Origin: Burkholderiaceae bacterium
Lineage (GTDB): Bacteria > Pseudomonadota > Gammaproteobacteria > Burkholderiales > Burkholderiaceae_B
Assembly (NCBI GenBank): GCA_029866055.1
Contig: JARXAG010000119.1
Coordinates: 1-57,475, forward strand
Length of the DNA: 57,475 bases
Reading direction: 5' to 3'
Positions 19,438-29,776 of the stretch are shown here, one piece after another (the first letter of the stretch is position 1; every line of letters begins with the position of its first letter). Position numbers and translations under genes: made by a program. The notes beneath the pieces are model-generated. The model was not told where the DNA came from. It did no database searches and saw only the letters and a list, made by a program, of their open reading frames with translations.

Positions 19438-20808
19438 ATGCATTTGCACATTTTAGGAATCTGCGGCACGTTTATGGGCGGGCTCGCACTGATCGCGCGC
19501 TCTGCGGGTCACCGCGTGACAGGCTGCGATTCAGGCGTATACCCTCCCATGAGTACGCAATTGCAAGAGCAAGGCATCGATCTCATCGAAGGCTTTGACC
19601 CAAGCCAGCTAGCTCTCAAGCCCGATCTCTTTATTGTTGGCAACGCTCTGTCACGTGGCAACCCTCTGATCGAGGCAATTCTTGAAGCGGGTTTGCCGTA
19701 CATCTCAGGGCCGCAATGGCTGGGTCAAGAAATATTACAAGGGCAACATGTGTTAGCCGTCGCGGGCACGCACGGCAAAACCACGACCAGCTCAATGCTG
19801 GCCTGGATTTTGCAACAGGCGGGGCTCGAACCAAACTTCTTAATCGGTGGCGTAGCGCCCGGGCTCGAAGTGTCAGCACGATATCAATCGCAGCGTTCAT
19901 TTTTTGTCATCGAAGCCGACGAGTACGACACAGCATTTTTTGATAAGCGTTCAAAATTTGTACACTACCGACCGCGCACCGCAATTCTAAATAATCTTGA
20001 ATACGATCACGCGGATATTTTTCCTGACTTAGCGGCAATCGAAACTCAATTTCATCATTTGCTACGCACCGTGCCCCGCAGCGGCCTGGTGCTTGCGCCA
20101 GCCCAAGACCAGGCTTTAGCGCGCGTGTTGGCACGTGGTTGCTACAGCAACCTGATTACCACGGGGCAAGCGACGGGTTGGCATACCCAAAGCGTCGATG
20201 CCCTGTCGTTCAATGTATTGAATGGCACGCAACTGCTTGGGCAAGTACAGTGGTCTCTGACCGGCGCGCACAATCAACATAATGCCTTGGTTGCCCTACT
20301 GGCCGCCGAACACGTTGGCGTGTCACCCGCCCAAAGCATCGCTGCGCTCAATCAGTTCGCCGGTGTCAAGCGCCGTATGGAAACCCGCGGCACGATCAAC
20401 GGCGTAACCGTCTACGATGACTTCGCCCACCACCCCACCGCCATTCAAACAACGCTTGAGGGCTTGCGCGCCAAGGTAGGGGCTGAGCGAATTTTGGCGG
20501 TACTTGAGCCGCGTTCAAACACCATGAAACTTGGCACGATGGCCGCACGCCTGCCCGCAGCGCTTGCCACCGCCGACTTGGTGTTTTGCTTTGGACAGAA
20601 CGAAGGCAAACAAGCGCTCGGCTGGGATCCCACCGTGGTATTGGCCTCACTGGGTACTCGCTTGCAAGCGCACGACCAACTTGATGCCTTGGTGCAAGCA
20701 CTGGCCTCGCAAGCACGCTCGGGCGATCACATCGTTGTCATGAGCAATGGTGGGTTTGGCGGCATTCATACCAAACTCCTTAAGGCGCTTGCGACACCGC
20801 GGGCTTAA
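19438..20808 (+). CDS. mpl: Murein peptide ligase
   Basis: MHLHILGICGTFMGG, GTHGKTTT, EADEYD, DDFAHHP. Confidence 0.95.
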   Translation: MHLHILGICGTFMGGLALIARSAGHRVTGCDSGVYPPMSTQLQEQGIDLIEGFDPSQLALKPDLFIVGNALSRGNPLIEAILEAGLPYISGPQWLGQEILQGQHVLAVAGTHGKTTTSSMLAWILQQAGLEPNFLIGGVAPGLEVSARYQSQRSFFVIEADEYDTAFFDKRSKFVHYRPRTAILNNLEYDHADIFPDLAAIETQFHHLLRTVPRSGLVLAPAQDQALARVLARGCYSNLITTGQATGWHTQSVDALSFNVLNGTQLLGQVQWSLTGAHNQHNALVALLAAEHVGVSPAQSIAALNQFAGVKRRMETRGTINGVTVYDDFAHHPTAIQTTLEGLRAKVGAERILAVLEPRSNTMKLGTMAARLPAALATADLVFCFGQNEGKQALGWDPTVVLASLGTRLQAHDQLDALVQALASQARSGDHIVVMSNGGFGGIHTKLLKALATPRA

Positions 20809-20820
20809 CTGGAACACTGC

Positions 20821-22875
20821 ATGTACGTTTTATTTGAAGAAGATGGCGCTTTTAAAGCAGGCCACATCCTGTCAGAGGCAGATACCGCCTTGCAGGTCGA
20901 ATCTAGCTCAGGCAAGCGCAGCAAGATCAAGCGCAGCAACTGCCTGTACACCTTCGCAAGCCCTGCACCCGAAGCCTTGCTGACCGAGGCCGAAGCGCTG
21001 TCCCAAGACATCGATCTACAGTTCTTGTGGGAGTGCGCGCCGCAAGACGAATTTGATGTCGAGGGGTTAGGTGCCGATTATTTTGGCCATGCTCCCAACG
21101 CTCTCGAAAAAACCACCTTACTGCTGCGCTTGCACAGTGCACCGGTGTATTTTCATCGCCGCGGTCGCGGTCGCTACAAACCAGCCCCCCCCGAAATCCT
21201 GACGGCCGCACTTGCAGCGCTTGAAAAAAAACAACGTCAAGCCGCCCTCACACAAGAGTGGTCTGATCAAATGGTCGCCGGCGCTTTGCCCACTGAGGTC
21301 AGTGACCTTGCAGTCAATCTGATCACTCGCCCCGACAAAAATTCACAAGCCTGGAAGGCGCTAGATGCCGCCTGCGCGGCCACTCGCCAAACGCCCGAAA
21401 GGCTGCTACTCAGCCTCGGTGCCTGGCCCCATGCTTTGGCGCTACACAAAGGGCGCTTTCTGGCGACGCATTTTCCGCGGGGTACGCACTTTAACGACGT
21501 TGCACTCGCCGTCGTGGGGCAAGAGTTACCGTTAGCCGAGGTTCAAGCCTATTCGGTCGACGACATCACCACCACTGAGATTGACGATGCGCTCTCGGTC
21601 AGCACCTTGCCCGATGGCAACGTGCAAGTGGGGATTCACATCGCCGCCCCCGGACTCGCGGTCACCCGTGGCAGCGACTTAGATGCCTTGGCGCGCGCTC
21701 GGATGTCGACGGTCTACATGCCCGGCGAAAAAATACCCATGCAACCCGATGCGGTCATCGAGGCGTTTTCGCTTGACGCGGGTCGCCCAGTACCAGCCTT
21801 ATCGCTCTATGTCACAGCCAATCCACTCACCGGCGAAATTCTTAGTCATGAAAGTCGGCTTGAACGCGTCGTTGTTCGCGAAAACTTGCGCCACAACCTA
21901 CTTGACGAGGCCTTTACCGAAGAGGCACTTGCCGACCTCACACAAGTGTTGCCGTACAACGATTGGATTCGACCGCTGTGGCAACTTGCCTTAGCACTCG
22001 CTAAGCAGCGTGAACACGTACGAGGTAAACCAGAAAACAATAATCGCGTCGAATACAGTTTTTATGTCGATGGCGATCCAAATGACCCGAACACCCCCGT
22101 GCGAATTTTGCCGCGCCGTCGCAATGCGCCGCTTGACCGTTTAGTGGCCGAGTACATGATCTTGGCCAACAGCACTTGGGGCGGTTTACTGGCCTCGTGC
22201 GGTCTACCCGGGATTTATCGCTCACAACAAATGGGGCGCGTGCGCATGAGCACGCAAGCCTTGCCCCACGAAGCGATTGGCGTGCCGCAATATGCCTGGT
22301 GCACGTCACCACTTCGACGTTATGTGGATCTGGTCAATCAGTGGCAGTTGATTGCCGCGATCGAGCACGGTGTGTCTGCACCTCTTGTGGCGCCCTTCAA
22401 GCCACGCGACGCCGATCTCTTTGCAATTATTGGTGGCTTTGAAGCGCAATACGTTGCCTGGAACGACTTTCAAAACAACATGGAACGCTTCTGGTGCTTG
22501 CGTTGGCTGCAGCAACAGCAGATCACCAGTTGCACAGCGACCGTTTTAAAAGAAGATTTGATCCGGCTCAACAACGCCCCTCTGGTGGCACGCCTGGCTG
22601 GCCTGCCACAACTCAGTCGCGGTCAACAAATCGAATTACACATCACAGGAGCCGATGAACTCGCGCTCGAACTCGAGGCGCGCTATGTCAGCCTGCTTGA
22701 TGCCGTGATTGAGGCTGCAGACCTCACCGATGAACGCGACGCGAACCAAGTGGCCACGACTGAACTCGAGGCTGCAGAAGTACAGCCGAGCGAAGCAACC
22801 TCTGTTGCCGTGCTTGCAACACCCTCGCTAGAAAGCTCTAATACGAGTTCAGCCGCCCCTCCACCTCTTGCTTAA
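20821..22875 (+). CDS. rnb: RNase II/RNB-domain exoribonuclease
   Basis: DDITTTEIDDA catalytic motif, TSPLRRYVDL. Confidence 0.88.
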   Translation: MYVLFEEDGAFKAGHILSEADTALQVESSSGKRSKIKRSNCLYTFASPAPEALLTEAEALSQDIDLQFLWECAPQDEFDVEGLGADYFGHAPNALEKTTLLLRLHSAPVYFHRRGRGRYKPAPPEILTAALAALEKKQRQAALTQEWSDQMVAGALPTEVSDLAVNLITRPDKNSQAWKALDAACAATRQTPERLLLSLGAWPHALALHKGRFLATHFPRGTHFNDVALAVVGQELPLAEVQAYSVDDITTTEIDDALSVSTLPDGNVQVGIHIAAPGLAVTRGSDLDALARARMSTVYMPGEKIPMQPDAVIEAFSLDAGRPVPALSLYVTANPLTGEILSHESRLERVVVRENLRHNLLDEAFTEEALADLTQVLPYNDWIRPLWQLALALAKQREHVRGKPENNNRVEYSFYVDGDPNDPNTPVRILPRRRNAPLDRLVAEYMILANSTWGGLLASCGLPGIYRSQQMGRVRMSTQALPHEAIGVPQYAWCTSPLRRYVDLVNQWQLIAAIEHGVSAPLVAPFKPRDADLFAIIGGFEAQYVAWNDFQNNMERFWCLRWLQQQQITSCTATVLKEDLIRLNNAPLVARLAGLPQLSRGQQIELHITGADELALELEARYVSLLDAVIEAADLTDERDANQVATTELEAAEVQPSEATSVAVLATPSLESSNTSSAAPPPLA

Positions 22876-22883
22876 CACTTGCG

Positions 22884-23786
22884 TTGAACACTTTAACGAC
22901 TTCGCGTGATGCAAGCTTGCCGGTTGAACCACTTGAACCGGATGCCACCTCAACACGTTTTTTGCGTTGGGCGATTTTGCTTTCATTACTTTGTCATGCG
23001 GCCCTGCTGGGATGGCAAAGGCAAGTCGTGGTACCGGTGCGCCCACCGGTCTCAGAACTTGAGATCGTGATGATGAACGCAGGCACCGACAGCGCTCCTG
23101 TCAAAGCCCAGGTGCTGGCACAGGTCAACGTTGACGGCGGGGGGCAAGCGACTAGCGGCGTGGCCTCAAACAGCCTTCCCTACCTCGACCAAGCGCCCGA
23201 AGCGGTGGTCTTAGAGCGTCTCATCAAACAACGCCTGCAGCTAGAAGCCGAACAACAACAGCTACTGACACAGCTGCAATCTCAGCAGCTTGTCCAAGAC
23301 AGCCGACCCGCCGAACAGTTTTTGAAAGACTCTCAAGAACCAGGGCAAGACGAACGTAATCAAGAACAAGTGCTATTGAACAGCGCTCTGACTGCCTTGT
23401 CAGAGCAAGTGCAACAGTACAACCAACGCCCACGTAAAATGTTTGATGCGCCCTCGGCGCAGCAAGCCCGCTTTGCTGAATACGTCAACCTGTGGCGCCA
23501 ACGAATCGAAGAGATTGGTACACAACAATACCCAGCAGGCACTGAAGGCAAAGCGTATGGGTCAGTGCAGGCCAGTCTGACCATCCGTTCAGACGGCGTG
23601 CTGATCGATATCAGCATTGATCGTCCCTCAGATAAAGCCTTGCTCAATCAAGCCGTCACGCGGATCGCCCAACTGGCCTCGCCCTTTGCCCCGTTTCCTC
23701 GCGAGATGGCATTGCATGTCGATCAAATCGTACTCACTCGAACCTGGCACTTTGTCGACGGAACCCTACAGGCGCGCTCACCATGA
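22884..23786 (+). CDS. TonB C-terminal domain family protein
   Basis: SLLCH TM motif; C-terminal YVNLWRQRIE..ASPFAPFP..LTRTW; lies between rnb and aroE; start uncertain. Confidence 0.75.
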   Translation: MNTLTTSRDASLPVEPLEPDATSTRFLRWAILLSLLCHAALLGWQRQVVVPVRPPVSELEIVMMNAGTDSAPVKAQVLAQVNVDGGGQATSGVASNSLPYLDQAPEAVVLERLIKQRLQLEAEQQQLLTQLQSQQLVQDSRPAEQFLKDSQEPGQDERNQEQVLLNSALTALSEQVQQYNQRPRKMFDAPSAQQARFAEYVNLWRQRIEEIGTQQYPAGTEGKAYGSVQASLTIRSDGVLIDISIDRPSDKALLNQAVTRIAQLASPFAPFPREMALHVDQIVLTRTWHFVDGTLQARSP

Positions 23787-24679
23787 CCCTCTCCACACCA
23801 GCAAGCCAAACCTCTGCTCAAGCGATATTGTGCGCCGTGATTGGCAACCCCGTTTCACACAGCCGCTCGCCCGCGATTCACCGGCAATTTGCACTGCAAA
23901 CCAAGCTACCCGTGCAATACAACCGCCTGCCCGCCGAGCTCGATCAGTTCGTGCCCACAGTCACACGCTTTTTTGCAGAGGGTGGCAAAGGCTTAAACGT
24001 CACGGTGCCCTTCAAGCTTGAAGCCTGGCAAATCGCCCGAGAGCACTTAAGCGTTCGAGCCACCTTAGCGCAGGCAGTCAACACGCTGTGGCTGCAAAAC
24101 GGCGCCCTGCAGGGCTGCAACACCGATGGCGTTGGTCTGGTCATGGATTTGCAGCGCCTTGCGCTCCCGCTACAGGGCGCACGCATATTAATGATTGGTG
24201 CTGGCGGCGCTGCACGCGGCGTGATTGGCCCATTGCTCGACGCTGGTTGTGCACATCTGCACATCGTCAATCGGACCCCCGAGCGGGCGCACGCTCTGAT
24301 TGCCGCCTGGCCACGTGAGCATCTGCCAAGAGCCGACAGTCTGTCAGCCGGTGGTCTGACAGAAGCCGCCCACGCACAAGGTTGGGATCTGGTGCTCAAC
24401 GCCAGCGCAAGCAGTCTGAGTGACGCCGCACCTGACGTCCCCTCGGGCCTTTACGCCTCGGGCGGCTGCGCGTACGACTTGATGTATGCCGCCGAGCCCA
24501 CTGCCTTTATGCATCAAGCACTCGCCGACGGTGCTCGGCAGGCGCATGACGGGCTAGGTATGTTAGTCGGGCAAGCCGCTGAAAGTTTTTATTTGTGGCA
24601 TGGCATGCGGCCAGAAACCAGCTCTGTGCTAAAGATGATTCGCGCAGAGCTTGATGCCTCGCGCACAAAGCATCCCTAA
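23783..24679 (+). CDS. aroE: Shikimate dehydrogenase
   Basis: HSRSP, NVTVPFK, NTDG, GAGGAARG, GLGMLVGQA. Confidence 0.95.
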   Translation: MTLSTPASQTSAQAILCAVIGNPVSHSRSPAIHRQFALQTKLPVQYNRLPAELDQFVPTVTRFFAEGGKGLNVTVPFKLEAWQIAREHLSVRATLAQAVNTLWLQNGALQGCNTDGVGLVMDLQRLALPLQGARILMIGAGGAARGVIGPLLDAGCAHLHIVNRTPERAHALIAAWPREHLPRADSLSAGGLTEAAHAQGWDLVLNASASSLSDAAPDVPSGLYASGGCAYDLMYAAEPTAFMHQALADGARQAHDGLGMLVGQAAESFYLWHGMRPETSSVLKMIRAELDASRTKHP

Positions 24680-24748
24680 CTTCATCGGCGCAAAATAAAA
24701 TGCGCAGTTTGAAGCTTGCCGAGCTTCGTTGGGGTTTAAACTAATCCT

Positions 24749-25927
24749 ATGCGTACAGCCCGCCGTTACCTCGCCCGTGAAATTTATCGCTCCACTGCTG
24801 TGGTGCTGCTCGCCCTGATGGGCTTGTTCATGTTTTTCACCTTAGTTGACGAACTCGACAGCGTGAGCGCCAAGTTTCCGCTGACTGCCTTGTTTTATCT
24901 ACAGGCGCTGTCGGTCCCGACCCGACTCTACGATCTCTTACCCATCGGTTTACTGATTGGCGCCATCCTAGCCCTTGCGGGCTTGGCGCAGCGCAACGAG
25001 CTTGTCATTTTGCGCGTCTCTGGCGTCAGTGGCATGGGCTTACTCAAAATGCTGTGGATCATTTCGATCCCAATCGTCTTGGGCGCAACCGTGCTCTCAG
25101 AGATCATCACCCCCATCGCCGAGATCAAAAGCAGCGAGGCTAATCTGCTCATGCGTGGTCGCGTCGAAGGTGGGCGTCTGGCAAGCGGTTATTGGTTTAA
25201 AGAGCCCATGCAAGGGGGGGGTACGCGCATCATTAATATTGGTCGCCTCCTCGCTTCGGGCAACGCTGCCGATTTGCGAATCTACGAATTTCCTGACGGT
25301 ACATCCCTGTCCTTGACATCAGCCGCCGAATCCGCGCGCTTTGCTGACGGACAGCTGATCATGCAAAATGTGCTCGAAACTCGAATCGCACCCGAAACCA
25401 AAGAAATATTGGCAGACGCCAAAGTGTCTGACAAGCCGGTCGTTGTCAAAGAAACATTTGCTACCCGCAAAGTTGAAACGACCCTGACTGCCGAGCGCCT
25501 GGTGGCGCGTATTTTGACGCCCGAACGCATGACCCTCAAAGCCCTGCATGATTACATCCAATATCTTGACAGCAATCAATTGCAGTCTGATCGGCAGGTC
25601 GTGGCCGTCTGGCGCAAACTTGCTTACCCGTTCACACTTGTTGTGATGTTAACAATTGCGGCCCCGATTGGCTTTATGCAAACGCGCCGAGGCGGTGTGG
25701 GTGCTAAAGTTTTTCTTGGAATCTTGCTCGGCACGGGCTTTTTTATGATCAACCAACTCGCACTAAACGTTGGATTGCTCTACAAGTGGCCGCCAGTGGT
25801 GACGGCACTTCTACCCAACATTGGCGCAACGGTGCTAGCACTGGCAGCGATTATGGCCATGGAACACCGCAACGCAATCATCAACAAGACCTTTGGGGTC
25901 TGGTTAGGCAGAAGAGCAACAGCATGA
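24749..25927 (+). CDS. lptG: LPS export ABC permease LptG
   Basis: YjgP/YjgQ family: [21 protein letters not shown], six TM segments. Confidence 0.88.
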   Translation: MRTARRYLAREIYRSTAVVLLALMGLFMFFTLVDELDSVSAKFPLTALFYLQALSVPTRLYDLLPIGLLIGAILALAGLAQRNELVILRVSGVSGMGLLKMLWIISIPIVLGATVLSEIITPIAEIKSSEANLLMRGRVEGGRLASGYWFKEPMQGGGTRIINIGRLLASGNAADLRIYEFPDGTSLSLTSAAESARFADGQLIMQNVLETRIAPETKEILADAKVSDKPVVVKETFATRKVETTLTAERLVARILTPERMTLKALHDYIQYLDSNQLQSDRQVVAVWRKLAYPFTLVVMLTIAAPIGFMQTRRGGVGAKVFLGILLGTGFFMINQLALNVGLLYKWPPVVTALLPNIGATVLALAAIMAMEHRNAIINKTFGVWLGRRATA

Positions 25928-26760
25928 GTATGCGTAGCATCTGGATGGTTGGCGATATTCAAGGCTGCTGTTCGTCTCTTGACGAGTTACTGGCACATCC
26001 TGAAATCGCACGAGAGCCGCTGGCACGTTTTTGGTTTGCCGGCGATCTAGTGAATCGCGGCTCACAGTCTTTGGCAACGCTACGGCGTTTGATGGCACTC
26101 GAAGAACGCAGCGTTGCAATTTTAGGCAATCACGATCTGCACTTACTTGCGGTTGCAGCGGGGGTGCGACGCCTGGGCAAAAACGACACGCTACTCGAAA
26201 TTCTCGAGGCACCCGACAGTGAAGAGCTGATCAACTGGTTGCGTTGGCGCCCGCTCGCGCATTATGAGCTTGGCCACTTAATGATTCACGCTGGCGTATT
26301 GCCAAAGTGGGATGTGCAAAAAACTCTGCTGCTGGCGAATGAAGTCGAACAAGCGTTACGCAGCCCCAACTGGCGCAAGAGCCTAGAAAAAATGTATGGC
26401 AACGAGCCTGATCACTGGAAAGACGGGCACGCTGGCAGTAAGCGGCTACGTGTGATTATTAACGCGTTGACGCGACTGCGTATGTGCACCAGCAAGGGGC
26501 GCATGGCGCTATCCCAAAAAGCCGCACCAGCGCTCAGTCAAGGTGACTTGATGCCTTGGTTTGATATCAAAGGCCGCGCGACACAAGACGTCACTGTGGT
26601 ATTCGGCCATTGGTCAACGTTAAACCTCATGCTGCGCGACAACGCAATCTGTCTGGATACCGGTTGCGTGTGGGGCGGAGAACTTACGGCAGTGCGGCTG
26701 CAAGACCGTCGCACGGTGCGCATCGCATGCCCGCAGAGCCTTGCTCCTGGCGGCAACTAA
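25924..26760 (+). CDS. apaH: Symmetrical Ap4A hydrolase
   Basis: [32 protein letters not shown]; ATG 25924 overlaps the lptG stop. Confidence 0.95.
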   Translation: MSMRSIWMVGDIQGCCSSLDELLAHPEIAREPLARFWFAGDLVNRGSQSLATLRRLMALEERSVAILGNHDLHLLAVAAGVRRLGKNDTLLEILEAPDSEELINWLRWRPLAHYELGHLMIHAGVLPKWDVQKTLLLANEVEQALRSPNWRKSLEKMYGNEPDHWKDGHAGSKRLRVIINALTRLRMCTSKGRMALSQKAAPALSQGDLMPWFDIKGRATQDVTVVFGHWSTLNLMLRDNAICLDTGCVWGGELTAVRLQDRRTVRIACPQSLAPGGN

Positions 26761-26837
26761 CGCGCCAGTCGGCTTACACCTGACGTCATTGGCCGCCGAT
26801 GAGATTGACGCTGCATTGGCCTCGAGCCTTTCAGCAA

Positions 26838-27686
26838 TTATTTTTGCGTAAACCAATCAAGCAGGATCGCGTTCGTTTGCTCAGGCGCCTCGTATTGCAC
26901 CCAATGACCGATCTCAGGCAAGATGATTCCCTTGCGATTGGCGTGCGGCTCAATCATGTTTGTCATCAAATACTCTGGGTCGCAGGTAATGTCGTGAGCA
27001 CCCCACACAATGAGGGTCTGACCGCTGTAATCGTCAAGCGCAGGGCCAAGTAAATCACGCCCTGAAATCCCGCGACTACGAAATCTTGTTTGTACACACG
27101 AATAGGTATGAATATCAAGCGCGAACGGATCAATCGCTTCGTCGGCGTACAACATGTGCGCCCATAAATTAAAACGCATGGCCTCGCGCAGCTCTTCGTC
27201 GCCTACAGCGCGCTTCCAGTTCACCAGTTTGCCCCGTTCGCGTCTTGGGCCACCATGACCTCCGGGCCCAAGTATCGCTAAACTTTTTACCGGCATGCCG
27301 CGGGCCGCTAGGTTGGCTGAAACCAAACCACCAAACGAAAACCCCGATAGCTGAAACGGCGTGTTGGCGCCAAGCAGTTGTGTGATGCTTTGCTCGGTCA
27401 CCGTCAACAAATCGCCGAACTCGCCGAACAGCGGATCACTCGAGTCGCCGTAGCCAGGCAAATCCACGACAAACAGCGAGAATTTTTCAGCAAGTACGTC
27501 AATGTTACGCGCCCAGTGCATCCAACTGCCATGGCCACCATGAATCAATAACAAAGGCTCACCCGAAGCTTCGCCATACTGCCGCCAGCTCACTTGGTGA
27601 TCTCCCACATCCACTGAATGACGCACCGCGCGCTGTTCGTGCTGCTCAATCCAAGCTTGAGTGTTGGGATCGTTCCATTGCGCCAT
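26838..27686 (-). CDS. Alpha/beta hydrolase (MhpC/meta-cleavage-product hydrolase-like)
   Basis: LIHGGHGSW, DLPGYGDS, GFSFGG, WGAHD, GHWVQYE. Confidence 0.8.
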   Translation of the reverse strand: MAQWNDPNTQAWIEQHEQRAVRHSVDVGDHQVSWRQYGEASGEPLLLIHGGHGSWMHWARNIDVLAEKFSLFVVDLPGYGDSSDPLFGEFGDLLTVTEQSITQLLGANTPFQLSGFSFGGLVSANLAARGMPVKSLAILGPGGHGGPRRERGKLVNWKRAVGDEELREAMRFNLWAHMLYADEAIDPFALDIHTYSCVQTRFRSRGISGRDLLGPALDDYSGQTLIVWGAHDITCDPEYLMTNMIEPHANRKGIILPEIGHWVQYEAPEQTNAILLDWFTQK

Positions 27687-27801
27687 GTCTTTATCTCTTT
27701 GATCAATATGCTACGGTTTTAGCCCAAGGCACGGGGTATCGCCAAGCGATTTTGTCAGAGGAAGGCTGACGGCTGAGCCGCAAACGCCAATACAAAACCT
27801 G

Positions 27802-27830
27802 TTGCCTCCCTGTCCGACTTAGAATATAAC
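27802..27830 (+). promoter_or_regulatory. Putative sigma70 promoter of the ligJ-like gene
   Basis: TTGCCT-17 bp-TATAAC. Confidence 0.45.
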
Positions 27831-27884
27831 AAAGGACCTACAGGTGAAAGAATCGCCCATAATTTTCTTGAGATACACCACCCT

Positions 27885-28919
27885 ATGATTATTGATGTTC
27901 ACGGCCATTTCACGACAGCGCCACCTCAAGTTGCTAAGTTTCGTGCCGATCAGATCGCCGAATTTGATCGAAGCGGCAAAGCACCCACTACCCCACCCCC
28001 AGCAGTCTCAGACGCCGAGATTCGCGATGGCATTGATAACAATCAGCTGCGCATCATGCGCGAGCGGGGCATTGATCTGACGATCTTTTCACCCAAAGCG
28101 GTGGCGATGGATCACCACCGCGGCAACGAAGACACCAATGTCGTTTGGGCACGCTTCAACAACGCGCTCATTGATCGCGTCTGTAAAATGTATCCCGATA
28201 ACTTTGTCGGGGTCTGCCAGTTGCCTCAGGCACCTGGCGTTGCGCCTGGCGCCCGTGTGTTTGAAGAGCTTGACCGCTGCATCAATGAGTATGGTTTTAT
28301 CGGCGCCAATATCAACCCCGATCCCACGGGTGGACACTGGGGCGACCCGCCGCTTTGGGATAAAAAATGGTGGTATCCGCTCTACGAAAAAATGGTGGCG
28401 CTTGATATACCTGCGATGATTCACGTCAGTGGCTCATGCAATCCACATTTCAATGCGGTAGCCACGCATTACATCAATGGTGACACCACCGCGTTTGTAC
28501 AATTCATGACATCGGATATTTTTAAAGATTTCCCGACACTTAAATTCATTATCCCGCATGGCGGTGGCGCAGCGCCTTACCACTGGGGTCGTTATCGCGG
28601 CCTTGCGCAAGACATGGGCCTGCCACCGCTTGAGCAAAAGGTTTTAAACAACGTGTTCTTCGATACCTGCGTGTATCACCAACCTGGTATTGATCTTTTA
28701 TTAAAAGTGATCCCGACCAAGAATGTTCTGTTTGCCTCAGAAACCGTGGGTGCAGTGCAAGGAATCGATCCGCTCACCAATTTTTATTTTGACGACACCA
28801 AGCGCTATATCGACGCCTCACCATCGGCAGATTTGTCGCAAAAACAAAAAATATTTTCAAGCAACGCACTGGGGGTATATCCACGCTTACGTGCGCACCC
28901 GAGGTGCCAAGGCTGCTAA
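27885..28919 (+). CDS. Amidohydrolase-family 4-oxalomesaconate hydratase-like protein (LigJ/PmdE-like)
   Basis: MIIDVHGHFTTAP, NPDPTGG, AMIHVS.SCNP, IPHGGGA.PYHWGR, FDTCVYHQPG, LFASE. Confidence 0.85.
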   Translation: MIIDVHGHFTTAPPQVAKFRADQIAEFDRSGKAPTTPPPAVSDAEIRDGIDNNQLRIMRERGIDLTIFSPKAVAMDHHRGNEDTNVVWARFNNALIDRVCKMYPDNFVGVCQLPQAPGVAPGARVFEELDRCINEYGFIGANINPDPTGGHWGDPPLWDKKWWYPLYEKMVALDIPAMIHVSGSCNPHFNAVATHYINGDTTAFVQFMTSDIFKDFPTLKFIIPHGGGAAPYHWGRYRGLAQDMGLPPLEQKVLNNVFFDTCVYHQPGIDLLLKVIPTKNVLFASETVGAVQGIDPLTNFYFDDTKRYIDASPSADLSQKQKIFSSNALGVYPRLRAHPRCQGC

Positions 28920-29026
28920 GGGCAAGCTGAGCGTGCAGCGCCCACTGACGGCTCACCGCGCTAGACGCTCGGAGCGCCCCTCTTGCAGGGGCTAGCCGAC
29001 GAAGTCACTGAGGTCACCAGCGCACC

Positions 29027-29776
29027 TCAGGTGTGTTTCAGTACGACAGTGGCAATTGCTTCACGCGCCAAGCGACCAAGCTCGGCGCGTGGCGGTGGGC
29101 TCTCAGCCCCTGCCTCGAGGATGCTCGGTAAAAAATGGATTTCGACCGACAAGCCACTGGCGCTCAACACGCACCACAGACTCTCGAGCAAGGTCTGCTC
29201 GCCCACAAAGGCGGCCAAATCACTGCGCCGCCCCTGATGAAAATACAGTAACGCCACCGGTTGAATTTGCACAGCCGCTTTGCGCGCGGGTTCAAACAAG
29301 TTGGCATAAAACGGCAACAAATCCAAGCCAGGTGATGTGGTCCCCTCAGGAAACAAACCCACAGCCTGCTCGCGTGCAAAGTGTGCCTGCATCGCGATGC
29401 CTACTTTGTGCACCGCGTGGCGCGAGGCGCGTTCAATAAAAATTGTGCCTGCACCGGCAACGAGCCAACCAAGCAAGGGCCAACGCCTAATCTCGCTTTT
29501 TGCAATAAAGGCCGTCGCTCGCACACCGTTCAAGAAAAAAATATCGAGCCAAGAGATGTGATTCATCACCCAAAGCACGCCTCCGTGCAAAACAGGGTCA
29601 CCGTGTTGAGTGACTCGCATGCCGCACAACCCGAGCAATATTTTTGACCAATATTTTTTGGTCCAAAGGCGCCCAGACAAACCAATCCAAGGATAAGTCA
29701 GTGCGATGATCAACAGGCCGCACAGGATCCAACAGGTCACGAGCACAACGCGCAACGTGAACCGCAAGACCTTCAA
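29027..29776 (-). CDS. PlsC-like lysophospholipid acyltransferase
   Basis: NHISWLD, FIAKSEI, FPEGTT; TTG 29776 overlaps the pyrC stop. Confidence 0.88.
   Translation of the reverse strand: MKVLRFTLRVVLVTCWILCGLLIIALTYPWIGLSGRLWTKKYWSKILLGLCGMRVTQHGDPVLHGGVLWVMNHISWLDIFFLNGVRATAFIAKSEIRRWPLLGWLVAGAGTIFIERASRHAVHKVGIAMQAHFAREQAVGLFPEGTTSPGLDLLPFYANLFEPARKAAVQIQPVALLYFHQGRRSDLAAFVGEQTLLESLWCVLSASGLSVEIHFLPSILEAGAESPPPRAELGRLAREAIATVVLKHT

Noticed and set aside
25214-25221. G8 tract in lptG as a phase-variation switch
   Set aside because: In frame (Gly-Gly-Gly), short, and in a normally essential gene
27766-28953. 9-bp direct repeat CTGACGGCT flanking the ligJ-like gene as a target-site duplication
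   Set aside because: A 9-bp match between two spacers is plausible by chance; no terminal inverted repeats or transposase
28927-28972. Imperfect hairpin after the ligJ-like gene
   Set aside because: Lies between convergent genes with no U-tract and no second copy seen; probably an ordinary 3' stem
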